Positions 51,205-61,166 of a stretch of 64,000 nt of DNA are shown piece after piece. The notes beneath the pieces were generated by a model. It was not told where the DNA came from. It was given only the letters and a program-made list of their open reading frames with translations, and searched no databases. Source of the DNA: Alphaproteobacteria bacterium. GTDB taxonomy: Bacteria; Pseudomonadota; Alphaproteobacteria; Bin95. How positions within the stretch are numbered: position 1 is the stretch's first letter; every line of letters starts with the position of its first letter. The DNA lies in the NCBI GenBank assembly GCA_964291285.2, contig OZ219785.1:896001-960000 (forward strand), written 5' to 3'. A program made the translations under genes and the position numbers.

Positions 51205-52051
51205 TCCCCGCTGGCTTCAGGGCAAGAGCAGACGGCCCGCGCCGGGGTGGCGCGGGCGTCTCGCCCGGCGCATGACGGCCTTGTCGGCCGCCCGGCGCCT
51301 TAACCGTAGTTGAACGGCAGGACCCGCGCGTTCATGTAGCCCTGCTCGCCGATCTTGGCCCAGTCGATGGCCTGTTTGCGATAGGCGATGAAGCTGTCAT
51401 AGATGCGCTTGGTCATGTCGTCGGTGTTGCCGATGTCGCGCACGACCTCGCCGGCGACATTGCCGATGGCGATCAGCATGTCCTCCGGATACTGGTGCAA
51501 CTGCACGCCGTGCTCGCTGAGCAGCTTGTTCAGCGACCCGAGGTTGCGGGCGTTGAACTCGGCGAACTGGATGTAGGACTCCGCCTCGACCACCGTCGTC
51601 ACCAGGGCCTGTTCCTCGGCACTCAGGCTGTCCCACAGCGTCTTGTTCATCACCACGCTGGCGGAGGTGCCCGGCTCGTGGAAGCCCGGATAGAAGTAGT
51701 GCTTGGTGATCTTGTGGAAGCCGAAGGCGAGGTCGTGCCAGGGGCCGACCCATTCGGCGGCGTCGATGGCGCCCGACGCGAGCGACGGGTAGATCTCCGC
51801 CACCGGCAGGTTGACGACCGTGACGCCGAGCGCCCGCAGCACCTCGCCGCCGATGCCCGGCATGCGGAACTTGAGGCCCTTGAAGTCGTCCAGCTTCTGG
51901 ATCGGCTCGCGGTACCAGCCGCCCATCTGCGTGCCGGTGCTGGACCCCTGGAAGCCCTTGAGGTTGAACCCGGCCGCCAGCTCGTCCCAGAGCTCCTGCC
52001 CGCCGCCATATTTCATCCAGGCGGCGTGTTCGATGCCGGTCAGCCCGTAGG

Positions 52052-53267
52052 CAGGGCAATCGCTTTTGGGCCTGTCATGCGGCGGCCCGGATCAAGTTGA
52101 GGAGCAAGTCGTCATTCCAGGCTGCGCGTTTGAGTTTTCCGCGCATGGCGTCTTTTGTGGGTTCGCGGCGTGCGATGTTGAGGGCGAGGCGTCGGATCAG
52201 GGCGAGGTTTTCGGGTCCGTGGTCCTTGCGGTTTCGCTGTCGGTCCTCGTTCATGGTCACGTCGAGCACCCAGTGCAGGCAGTTTTCGATGGTCCAATGG
52301 GCGCGCGCGGCGTGCTGGAAGCGCTCGGGCGCGAGCGGCGCGCTCATGATGTAGTAGCGGGTTTCGGTTTTGGTGCTCCTTGCGGTTTCGCGCCTGGCCT
52401 GGATCTTGCCGATGGCGGCCAGCCCCGGCCAGTCATGGCGCTCGCGCAGCCATGCAATCTCGTGGCAGACCGAGGCGCGGCGCGTCTCGATGCGCCCGTG
52501 ATCGCCATCGACATGCTGACATGATTGGAGTTTGTCCGCCTGGGCGGGATCGTCCAGATACAGGCGCACATCCTCATACAGGCTGCCCTGATTGCCCTTG
52601 AGCGCCAGCACATAGTCCCCGCCCTTGGCGGTAACGGCCTCGGCCGTCGCCCGCTGGGTATGCATCGCGTCCGCCGTCACGATCCGGCCCTTGAGCGCCA
52701 GCATCTCCAGCAGCTTCGGCATCGCCGCAATCTCGTTGGACTTGTCATCGACCTTCACCTGGCCGAGCATCAGGCGGGTCCCGGCGGCGAAGGCCTGCAC
52801 CAGATGCACCGGCGAGCGCGCCGCGGCATCGGCGAAGGAACGCCGCAGCGACTTGCCGTCAACCGCGATCACATCGCCGTCCAGAACCGCCGCCCAGTCC
52901 TCCAGAAGCCGCAGCAGCACTTTCTGCAGGCTGTCGGGATCGAGGGCGTTGAACAGGTCCGAAAACGCATCGTGGCTCGGAATGCCGTGCTTCAACTCCA
53001 TGAAACGGCGCAGAAACCCTTCCTTCGCCCGACCGAAACGCTCCATGTCCGCGCATCCCTCCCCACCGCACAAGGTCGAGAGCAGCGCGATCATCAGCAT
53101 CTCGTGCAGAGAGTGGCGCGTCGCATTGCTGCGACGCGGATCCGTAACTCCTTCGAATACTGACGAAAACTCCTCCATCTCACACCCCAACTCACCAGAT
53201 ACGGAAACCGGAGTGTGAATCGAAAACGCAAACTCCTAAAAGCTAATCTTCAAAAGCGATTCCCCTG
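52052..53267 (-). mobile_element. ISAs1-family element, 1216 bp
   Basis: 17-bp IR CAGGG(C/G)AATCGCTTTTG; 9-bp DR GCCCGTAGG (52043-51, 53268-76). Confidence 0.95.
52075..53178 (-). CDS. ISAs1 transposase
   Basis: DPR, GIPSHD, IAVDGK, KSNEI, DAMHTQ, LKGNQ, HGRIETR, HWTIEN.LHW.LD. Confidence 0.96.
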   Translation of the reverse strand: MEEFSSVFEGVTDPRRSNATRHSLHEMLMIALLSTLCGGEGCADMERFGRAKEGFLRRFMELKHGIPSHDAFSDLFNALDPDSLQKVLLRLLEDWAAVLDGDVIAVDGKSLRRSFADAAARSPVHLVQAFAAGTRLMLGQVKVDDKSNEIAAMPKLLEMLALKGRIVTADAMHTQRATAEAVTAKGGDYVLALKGNQGSLYEDVRLYLDDPAQADKLQSCQHVDGDHGRIETRRASVCHEIAWLRERHDWPGLAAIGKIQARRETARSTKTETRYYIMSAPLAPERFQHAARAHWTIENCLHWVLDVTMNEDRQRNRKDHGPENLALIRRLALNIARREPTKDAMRGKLKRAAWNDDLLLNLIRAAA

Positions 53268-53848
53268 GCCCGTAGGGCACGGCGGTGAAGAAGTTGAAGC
53301 CCTTGTGCTTGCCCTGCCAGTAATATTCCGCCGAGTGATACATGTCGGCGTCGCCGGCGCTGACGGCGTCGAAGACGCCGAAGGCCGGCACCAGCTCGCC
53401 GCCGCCATAGACCTTGACGGAGATCTTGCCGCCGGACAGCTGCGTGATGCGCTGGGCGACCCGTTGCCCGGACGTGCCCAGTCCCGGCGAGTTGAGCGGC
53501 CAGGACATGGCCAGCTTCCATTCCTTGAGGCCCTGCGAGATGGCGGGCGCGGCCAGCGTCGATGCGGCGGCGGCGACACCGGCGGTCGCGGCGCCTTGAA
53601 CGAATTTACGGCGTTTCATGGAGTGTCCTCGCTGTTGCGCCGCAAGCCTACCCCGGCCGAGCCGCCCGTCTCCGCTGCCGGAGCGCTGGCGGACCCGCAC
53701 GGCTCGCAGCGTTCGGTTGGAAGAGCGTAGAGCACCGTCTGGGGGGAATCAATTGCAATGGGGCGCGCGCGGCCGGCCCGGAGGGGCCCCGCGCAGGCCA
53801 TGACATCGGTGAGAAATGCGGGCTAATCTGGCGGGGCGCGAAGGAGCC

Positions 53849-54949
53849 ATGCCGCCTATGTCCGCCCAAGCATCCGCCGAGACGGCCGCCGAGCCTGCGA
53901 TCACCACCACCGCCCGCGCCGCGCCGGTGCTCGACCAGCACCGCTTTCCCGAGGACCGGCTCGCCGGCTTCATGGCGCGCGAGGTCGAGGGCTTTGCGCC
54001 GCCGCTCCGGGTCTCGCAGTTCCGGGGCGGCATGTCGAACCCGACCTTCCTGCTGGAGGACGGCGGGGGCCGGCGCTACGTCATGCGCAAGAAGCCGCCC
54101 GGCAAGCTGCTGCCCTCGGCGCATGCGGTGGACCGGGAGTTCCGGATAATCTCGGCGCTTGCGGGGACGGACGTGCCGGTGGCGCGCGCGCTCGCGCTCT
54201 GCGAGGACGAGGCGGTGATCGGCCGGGCCTTCTACATCATGGAGCATGTCGAGGGCCGGGTGGCGCGCAACCTCATGCTGCCGGACCTGACCCCGGCCGA
54301 GCGCGCCGCCGCCTACGACGCCATGAACGCCGCGCTCGCCGCACTCCACAATGTCGATTTCCGCGCCGTCGGGCTGGAGGGCTACGGGCGCGAGGGCGGC
54401 TACATGGCCCGCCAGGTGCGCCGCTGGGGCGGCCAGTACGAGATGAGCAGGACCGACGAGATCCCGGAGATGGACAATCTCGCCGCCTGGCTCGGCGAGA
54501 ACATGCCGGCCGACGACGAAACCACGATCGTGCACGGCGACTACCGGCTGGAGAACATGATCCTCCACCCGGCGGAGCCGCGTGTGCTGGCGGTGGTGGA
54601 CTGGGAGCTCGGCACGCTCGGCAACCCGCTCTCGGACCTCGCCTACAACTGCCTGCCCTACCATTCGGGCGACGATGTGCGCGGCTTCCTCGGCGACATG
54701 GACCATGCCGAAACCGGCATCCCGTCCGAGGAGGACTATGTCGCCGCCTATTGCGCGCGCACGGGCCGCGGCGGCATCCCCGACTGGAGCTTCTACCTCG
54801 CCTTCTCCCTCTTCCGCCTCGCCGCCATCAGCCAGGGCGTCTACAAGCGCGGCCTCGACGGCAACGCCAGCTCCCCCGACGCCGTCCAACGCGGCGCCAA
54901 GGCCCGGCAGCTTGCGGAGACGGGTTGGGCGATTGCGCAGCGGGGGTAG
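53849..54949 (+). CDS. APH-like phosphotransferase (ACAD10/11 kinase-like)
   Basis: GGMSNPT, RKKPPG.LLPSAHAVDRE, HGDYRL.N, DWEL. Confidence 0.9.
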   Translation: MPPMSAQASAETAAEPAITTTARAAPVLDQHRFPEDRLAGFMAREVEGFAPPLRVSQFRGGMSNPTFLLEDGGGRRYVMRKKPPGKLLPSAHAVDREFRIISALAGTDVPVARALALCEDEAVIGRAFYIMEHVEGRVARNLMLPDLTPAERAAAYDAMNAALAALHNVDFRAVGLEGYGREGGYMARQVRRWGGQYEMSRTDEIPEMDNLAAWLGENMPADDETTIVHGDYRLENMILHPAEPRVLAVVDWELGTLGNPLSDLAYNCLPYHSGDDVRGFLGDMDHAETGIPSEEDYVAAYCARTGRGGIPDWSFYLAFSLFRLAAISQGVYKRGLDGNASSPDAVQRGAKARQLAETGWAIAQRG

Positions 54950-55196
54950 GGCGCGTACTAAGGAAGGCGGTGCCGGAGGTCAGACGCCCTACCCTCATGC
55001 CTTCGGGAGAGCGCGGAAACCGGCGCACCGCCCGGCACCTACATATCCTTCCGTTCGGTCCTCGACAGTCGCTGCTGCGCCGCGCGGAGATCGTGCGGCC
55101 TCGCCCCGTGCAGCGTGTTGAGGTAGGTTTCGGGACCGTCGTTTAACGTCCGCACGATGGTACGACAGAGGCCCGGTGCTCCACCCCCATATCTTC

Positions 55197-55219
55197 ATGC
55201 CCGGACTTATTCCGGGCAT
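55197..55219. repeat. Single REP-like palindrome
   Basis: ATGCCCGGA-CTTAT-TCCGGGCAT. Confidence 0.6.
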
Positions 55220-55269
55220 CTTCGTCGGAGCCTCCAACTACGGGTCATCGCCGCAATAGGAGTGCAAAT

Positions 55270-56232
55270 ATGACTGACGGAACCGCTCATGACTTACTTG
55301 AATGGATGCGACAACTTCAAGTCGACATGGCCATGCACTATGAACAGATTCGGAAGCGATCACGAGAAGACCCGGGCACAGCCGGAGACCAAGGGGAAGC
55401 CGATTGGGCCAAATTGCTGACCGAATGGTTGCCACCTACGCTGCAAGTCGTCACCAAAGGCCGGATAATCGGGCCTGACAATATTGTCGGCCCTCAAATA
55501 GATGTATTGGTGTTGAAGGACATATACCCCAAAGGAATGCTCAACAGAAAGCTCTATCTCTCCAGTGGGGTAGCGGCCGCATTCGAGTGCAAAACTACTT
55601 TGCGAACTCACCACATCTCAGAGGCGGTCGAGACCGCAGGAAAAATTAAGCAACTAAGCCAAAGACGAGGTGGGAGTCCTTACAACGAATTGCACACCCC
55701 CATCATCTATGGCCTGTTGGCCCATTCCCATAGCTGGGTGAAGGACAAGTCACAACCCGAGAAAACCGTCACCAGCAAGCTCTTGGAGGCAGACCGCCAG
55801 TTCGTCGCCCATCCGCGCAATTGCTTGGATCTATTATGTGTGTCTAATTTGGGTATGTGGGCAAGCTGGAAAACTACCTTCAACCCACCGTCCCTCTTTG
55901 CCACTTTAGCAGGGTATGGCGAGCACGGCGCTGCGACAAGCTCATACATGGCTTCTACCTGCCGACACAACAGCGCGAGTGACTCCTTTACTCCCATAGG
56001 TAGCTTGCTTGCCTACTTGTCCAGACGGCTTGCGTGGGAAATTCCCTCCTTACGCCAATTGGCAGATTATTACTACCAAGTCAGTCTAACCGGGGGAGGG
56101 ACAGTACACGAGCGCATATGGACGAGTTCGATATACAGTGATCCTGTCCGCCAACGGGTTGAACGGGGTCAAATGACTCCGGCAGGGCTTGGAGTGTGGG
56201 ATGAATGGAGTAACATGTTCTATTGTAGGTGA
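55270..56232 (+). CDS. DUF6602-like PD-(D/E)xK nuclease-fold protein
   Basis: GTAGDQGE..W..LL.EWLP, QIDVLV, AFECKTTL; low GC; last two codons and stop supplied by the IS21 end. Confidence 0.65.
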   Translation: MTDGTAHDLLEWMRQLQVDMAMHYEQIRKRSREDPGTAGDQGEADWAKLLTEWLPPTLQVVTKGRIIGPDNIVGPQIDVLVLKDIYPKGMLNRKLYLSSGVAAAFECKTTLRTHHISEAVETAGKIKQLSQRRGGSPYNELHTPIIYGLLAHSHSWVKDKSQPEKTVTSKLLEADRQFVAHPRNCLDLLCVSNLGMWASWKTTFNPPSLFATLAGYGEHGAATSSYMASTCRHNSASDSFTPIGSLLAYLSRRLAWEIPSLRQLADYYYQVSLTGGGTVHERIWTSSIYSDPVRQRVERGQMTPAGLGVWDEWSNMFYCR

Positions 56233-56604
56233 CGGTCGTAAAAGGCGCTTATTTGCTGGCGTTGCGCGTTTTTGCGGGGCGTGATGATCGCAGTGATTGT
56301 GGTGCGGCGGTGTTTGTGACGGGGGCCTGGGACGGAAGGAGGGCGTAGCCCGACTGGAGTCGCCGGCCCCCGTCGCGTTGATATTTTCGCCTGCCGAGGG
56401 GAGGGTGTCCTGGCGCTGTCGGCGGGGGTCGCCGGGCTGCGCGAGGGGGTAGACTGGGGCTGCTGAGAACGATGCGGCGCCGGCCCCGTTTGCTAGGTGG
56501 CAACGACCGGCGCCGCACCCCCCGAGCCATGCAAGGCACGGCCCGTATGCGCAGTATCGTAGGCGTTCGGGCGTGGGTCCACCCCGTTCTCATCGGTCTT
56601 TGCG

Positions 56605-57039
56605 ATGAGGAACGCCGCCCGCCTGTTCACCTGCGCTTCGTGCCATCGCCAGGTTGTGCTGTGCCGGCGGTGCGACCACGGCAACATCTACTGCTCGCGT
56701 CCGTGCAGCGGCCGGGCGCGGCGGCGCTCGCTGCGCCTTGCCGGGCGTCGCTACCAGAACAGCCGGCGGGGCCGTCACAAGCATGCCGAACGCCAGCGGC
56801 GCTACCGCGAGCGCCGTCGCGTCCGTGCGCCTGAGGAGGGGCGCCGTGCGCAGAAAGTGACGCATCACCCTTTGACCCGTTCACCGCGCCGTCCTGTTGT
56901 GGCGGGCATGCCGGCGGGGCGCTCGGGAAGGAGGCCCTTCGGACCCGACCGTCCCGCCGGAGTGTTCCGCTGCGATCACTGCGGGCGGTTCTGCGCCCGG
57001 GCGGTCTATCCGGGCCTGCGCCCGGCGCGAAGGGAGTGA
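56605..57039 (+). CDS. Cys-rich basic (putative Zn-binding) protein upstream of istA
   Basis: CASC...CRRC...YCSRPC...CDHC; stop 1 bp before the istA ATG. Confidence 0.7.
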   Translation: MRNAARLFTCASCHRQVVLCRRCDHGNIYCSRPCSGRARRRSLRLAGRRYQNSRRGRHKHAERQRRYRERRRVRAPEEGRRAQKVTHHPLTRSPRRPVVAGMPAGRSGRRPFGPDRPAGVFRCDHCGRFCARAVYPGLRPARRE

Positions 57040-57040
57040 G

Positions 57041-58546
57041 ATGGCGATCGACCAGCAGACCCGGGCCGAGATCCTGCGGCTGTATTTTGCCGAGAAGTGG
57101 CGGATCGGCACGATCGCGCGCCAGCTCGGCGTCCACCACGGCACGGTCGAGCGCGCGGTGGCGGCCGCCGGGGCGCCCACGCCTGAGAAGCGGCGCAGAT
57201 CTTCGATGATCGATCCGTTCCTGCCCTTCGTCCGCCAGACCCTGGCGGTCTGGCCGAAGTTGCCCTCCAGCCGGCTCTACCGGATGGCGGTCGAGCGCGG
57301 TTACCGGGGGTGCGAGAGCCACTTCCGGCGCATGATCGCGCCCGAGCGTCCGCGGCCGGTGGCCGAGGCCTATCTGCGCCTCAAGGCCCTGCCCGGCGAG
57401 CAGGCCCAGGTCGACTGGGCCCACTTCGGCAAGGTGAGGATCGGGCGTGCGGAGCGCCCGCTGATGGCCTTCGTGATGGTGCTCGGCCACTCGCGCCGCC
57501 TCTTCCTGCGCTTCTACCTCAACGCCGGGATGGACAACTTCCTGCGCGGCCATGTCGAGGCCTTCGAGGCTTGGCAGGGCGTGCCCCGCGAGCTCTGGTA
57601 CGACAATCTGAAGAGCGTCGTGCTGGAGCGGCGCGGCGACGCCATCCGCTTCAATCCCCGGCTTCTCGACTTCGCAGGCGCCTACCGCTTCCTGCCGAAG
57701 CCGGTCGCGGTCGCCCGAGGCAACGAGAAGGGCCGCGTCGAGCGGGCCATACGCTATGTGCGCGACAGCTTCTTCGCCGCCCGCGCCTGGCGTGACCTCG
57801 ACGATCTCAACGCCCAGGCCCGGGAGTGGTGCGAGGGCGTCGCCGCCGACCGCCCCTGGCCGGACGACCGCTCCCTCACCGTGAGCGAGGCCTTCGAGCG
57901 CGAGCGCGGCTCCCTGATGGCGCTGCCCGACGACCGTCCCCCCGTCGACGAGAGGGTCGAGGTCAGGATCGCCAAGACCCCCTATGCCAGGTTCGACCTC
58001 AATGACTACAGCGTCCCGCATACCCATGTCCGGCGCACCCTCACCGTGGCCGCGACGCTGGAAGAGGTGCGCATCCTCGACGGCATGGAGGTCATCGCCC
58101 GCCATCCGCGCAGCTTCGACAAGGCGGCCCGCATCGAGAACCCCGAACACATTGAGGAGCTGGTCAGGCGCAAGCGTCACGCCCGCAGCCTGCGCGGGCA
58201 GAGCCGGCTGCTCCAGGCCGCGCCCAACAGCGAGCGCCTGATCGCCGAGGCCGCCCCCCGCGGCGCTTATATCGGCGCCACCGTCGCCGCCCTGCTGCGC
58301 CTGCTCGACCAATACGGCGCCGCCGAGCTCGAAGCCGCCATCGACGAGGCCCTCGAACGCGGCGTCCCCCATCCCAATGCCGTGCGCCTCAGCCTCACAC
58401 GGCGGCGCGAACTGCAGGACAGGCCGCCGCCGATCCCCATCGACCTGCCCAGGGACCCGCGCGTGCGCGACATCGCCGTGCGCGATCACGATCTCGGCGG
58501 ATACGACGGGCTGGCCGGCTACCATGAAAAGGACAGCGAAGAATGA
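57041..58546 (+). CDS. istA: IS21 transposase IstA
   Basis: N-terminal HTH; PGEQAQVDW, GVP....YDN.K, EKGRVER. Confidence 0.95.
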   Translation: MAIDQQTRAEILRLYFAEKWRIGTIARQLGVHHGTVERAVAAAGAPTPEKRRRSSMIDPFLPFVRQTLAVWPKLPSSRLYRMAVERGYRGCESHFRRMIAPERPRPVAEAYLRLKALPGEQAQVDWAHFGKVRIGRAERPLMAFVMVLGHSRRLFLRFYLNAGMDNFLRGHVEAFEAWQGVPRELWYDNLKSVVLERRGDAIRFNPRLLDFAGAYRFLPKPVAVARGNEKGRVERAIRYVRDSFFAARAWRDLDDLNAQAREWCEGVAADRPWPDDRSLTVSEAFERERGSLMALPDDRPPVDERVEVRIAKTPYARFDLNDYSVPHTHVRRTLTVAATLEEVRILDGMEVIARHPRSFDKAARIENPEHIEELVRRKRHARSLRGQSRLLQAAPNSERLIAEAAPRGAYIGATVAALLRLLDQYGAAELEAAIDEALERGVPHPNAVRLSLTRRRELQDRPPPIPIDLPRDPRVRDIAVRDHDLGGYDGLAGYHEKDSEE

Positions 58547-59337
58547 CCGACACCCTCATGAACCGCGCCCGCGCGCTGGGCCTGCACGGCCTCCTCGCCC
58601 ATTGGGGCGAAGTCGCGGAGCGCGACTGGCTCGCCTCCCTGATCGCGTGGGAAGAAGATGAGAAGCGCGCCCGAAGCCTCAAACGCCGCCTCGCCGACGC
58701 CCGCCTCGGACAGTTCAAGCCGCTCGCAGACTTCGACTGGGACTGGCCAAGGCGCTGCGACCGCATGGCCGTCGAGGACCTCATGACCCTCGACTTCCTC
58801 AAGGAGGCCGCAAACCTCGTACTGGTCGGACCCAACGGCGTCGGAAAGTCCACCATCGCCGCCAATATCGCCCACCGCGCCGTCCTCGAAGGCCACATCG
58901 TGCGCTTCGCAACCGCCGCCAGCCTGCTCGGCGAACTCGCCGCCATCGACTCCGACACCCTGCTCCAGCGCAGGCTGCGCTTCTACGCCCGACAGCACCT
59001 GCTGGTCATCGACGAAGTCGGATATCTCTCCTACTCCAACCGCCACGCCGACCTGCTGTTCAACATCGTCTCAAGCCGCAGCCAGCAGAACTCAACCATA
59101 ATCACCACGAACCGCCCCTTCGCCGAGTGGAGCGAGGCCTTCCCAAACGCCGCCTGCCTGGTCGCCCTCGTCGACCGGCTCGTCCACAACGCCGAGATCG
59201 TCGCCATCGACGGCGACTCCTGGCGCCGCAAGGAAGCCGAGGAACGTCAGAAGCAGCGCAGCGCCGAACGCCGCCGCCGGCGCGGACCGAAAGCCGGGCA
59301 AAGCACTGGAAAGGCGAACCCGGTCCCGTCGCCATAG
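58543..59337 (+). CDS. istB: IS21 helper AAA+ ATPase IstB
   Basis: GPNGVGKS, LVIDEVGY, TTNRPF.EW, DRLVH. Confidence 0.95.
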   Translation: MTDTLMNRARALGLHGLLAHWGEVAERDWLASLIAWEEDEKRARSLKRRLADARLGQFKPLADFDWDWPRRCDRMAVEDLMTLDFLKEAANLVLVGPNGVGKSTIAANIAHRAVLEGHIVRFATAASLLGELAAIDSDTLLQRRLRFYARQHLLVIDEVGYLSYSNRHADLLFNIVSSRSQQNSTIITTNRPFAEWSEAFPNAACLVALVDRLVHNAEIVAIDGDSWRRKEAEERQKQRSAERRRRRGPKAGQSTGKANPVPSP

Positions 59338-59339
59338 CC

Positions 59340-60212
59340 ATGCATCCCTCCCGCCCCCGCGAGCGGCGGGTGCGGGCCGAGAGCCTGCGGGGCTATCCCC
59401 TCGAACCCGTCGCCCGAGCCCTCGGCTACCGCAGCGATCCCGACAATGCCGTGCGCTGGAGACGGCCAGGATCGGTCCTCTCCATCAACCGCTTCATGTT
59501 CTACGACCATCTGCGCGCAGAGGAGGGAGCCGGGGCTATCGAACTGGCGGTCCATGCGCTCGGATGCACCCCGCCGGACGCCATCGACTTCCTCGCCGAA
59601 CTGTCCGACCTCTCAATGCCCCCAGGCGGCCGCCGGCAGGCGCCGGCCAAGGACCCCCGCTGGCCCAACCTCCGGCGATACCTCGTCGAGCGGCGCGGCC
59701 TCGCGGACGCGCTCGTCACCCTGTGCCGCGACCTCGGCCTGGTCCATGCCGACCCTCACGGCAACCCCGTGTTCGTCCGCCGAAACGCCGCCGGCGAGGC
59801 TACCGGCATCGAAACCGTCACCGCTGACCGCAAAACGACCGCGGGCGGCGGCTTCTGGATGTCCTGGGAGACCGAATGGCCACACGCCGTCATCCTGGAC
59901 GGCAACGCCCTCGACGCACTCTCCATCCTCTCCCTCCACCTCGGCCCGGTAAAACGCACCGAATGCGCCACCGTCTCCACCGGCGCCGTCGCCACCAAAG
60001 TCCCCAAATGGATCGAGGCATGGAACCCGCGCCTCATCTTCTGTGCATACGACGCCACCACAAACGGCGATCACGCCGCAAGGCGCCTCGCCCGCAACGA
60101 CACCAGAATCGTCCGGCTGCGACCCGCACTCGACAACCGGGACTGGAACGACATGCTCATCCGCGACCGAGCCGGCGAACCAATCGAAACCGATGACCAA
60201 CAGATCAACTGA
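59340..60212 (+). CDS. DUF3991/TOPRIM primase-like passenger protein
   Basis: GAGAIEL..H.LG, YLVERRGL, GNPVF, ALDALS, AYD....GD.AA, DWNDML. Confidence 0.7.
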   Translation: MHPSRPRERRVRAESLRGYPLEPVARALGYRSDPDNAVRWRRPGSVLSINRFMFYDHLRAEEGAGAIELAVHALGCTPPDAIDFLAELSDLSMPPGGRRQAPAKDPRWPNLRRYLVERRGLADALVTLCRDLGLVHADPHGNPVFVRRNAAGEATGIETVTADRKTTAGGGFWMSWETEWPHAVILDGNALDALSILSLHLGPVKRTECATVSTGAVATKVPKWIEAWNPRLIFCAYDATTNGDHAARRLARNDTRIVRLRPALDNRDWNDMLIRDRAGEPIETDDQQIN

Positions 60213-60554
60213 AAAACCGCAACCGGCCGAAAAATGTCAGCGAATAGGCGCGCTCTGTAACCGTCGCTAACATCTATTAGTTGTAAGGAAAACAACATGG
60301 AGAAACAAATGGAACCCATGACGCTGGCGGCCTCCTCCGCCAAAGACAGGTAAATGCAGCCCGACGATCTGCGTTGATGAGGACTAAGTACCCAGTCGTC
60401 TTCGGATCCGGACCTTTTGAAACGGTGGCCACGACCGCGCCGAGCCCGTAGCGGGCGTGATGGAAGTCATGCTTCTCGACGAAAGCCGGGCCGAAGATCC
60501 GCGCCATGCACTACCCTCTTGCGGTCAGCGGCAACTCTGCCTCCGGCTCCCCGG

Positions 60555-61166
60555 TCATGGCAGGACGCCGATCAGGACGAGGGGGACGGCGGGGACGCCG
60601 CGTCCCTGCCTCAGCACGTTGAGCAGGTCGCGCTCATAGTAGGGCACGCCGCTCGACATCTCCTTTTCGAGCTCCTTCATGGGGAGAATTTCGATCCCCA
60701 CGTCGATTATGTCCGAGACATAGAAGCTCAGATGCTTCACGAACAGGTCATGCGCCACGAAGGCATACTTGCCGAACTGGACCTCGACGGCGACCCGTTC
60801 CTTCACGAAATCGGTCTGGTTGTAGGACATGATCGGCTCATGCCCGGCCGCCTCGATTGCAGCCTTCTGTTCGGCAGCGGGCAGGCCGTAGATGCCGCGC
60901 AACAGCCGCTCGTCGTCCGTAACCCAGAAGGTGTTGCGGCGCTCTTCCCAGCCGAGTGCCTCCAACCCGCGCTTGAACGCGGCGTTCATGTCCAGCGGCG
61001 AATAGAGCATCCGGCCGGGCATCGTCTTTTCTTTCGACACTTTCGTCTTGCAGGCCTGTGCATCCACGGCGGCGATAACGTTCTGGACCTCGCGCCAGAG
61101 CTTCCGCCGGTGGACCAGCAGATATTCTTCGCCGTTCAGGTGGGAGTATTTTGCGCCGATCCGCAT
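60555..61166 (-). CDS. BglII/BstYI-family type II restriction endonuclease
   Basis: YSHLNGEE, NQTDFVKERVAVEVQFGKY (D..E.Q catalytic pattern); start overlaps the MTase stop. Confidence 0.88.
   Translation of the reverse strand: MRIGAKYSHLNGEEYLLVHRRKLWREVQNVIAAVDAQACKTKVSKEKTMPGRMLYSPLDMNAAFKRGLEALGWEERRNTFWVTDDERLLRGIYGLPAAEQKAAIEAAGHEPIMSYNQTDFVKERVAVEVQFGKYAFVAHDLFVKHLSFYVSDIIDVGIEILPMKELEKEMSSGVPYYERDLLNVLRQGRGVPAVPLVLIGVLP

Larger units (their letters stand above)
51300..53619 (-). pseudogene. TRAP substrate-binding protein (TakP-like, Tat) split by ISAs1
   Basis: MKRRKFV, GELVPAF, YYWQGK; QMGGW, EWVGP, YPGFHEPG; IS removal restores VPYGLTG (364 aa). Confidence 0.92.
56224..60272 (+). 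mobile_element. IS21-family element with passenger genes, 4049 bp
   Basis: TGT...ACA termini, imperfect 37-bp IR, 5-bp DR TCTAT (56219-23, 60273-77); encloses istA, istB and two more ORFs. Confidence 0.88.

Noticed and set aside
56224-60272. CRISPR-associated or Tn7-like targeted transposon
   Set aside because: No cas, tniQ/tnsD or repeat array; IstA/IstB motifs fit IS21
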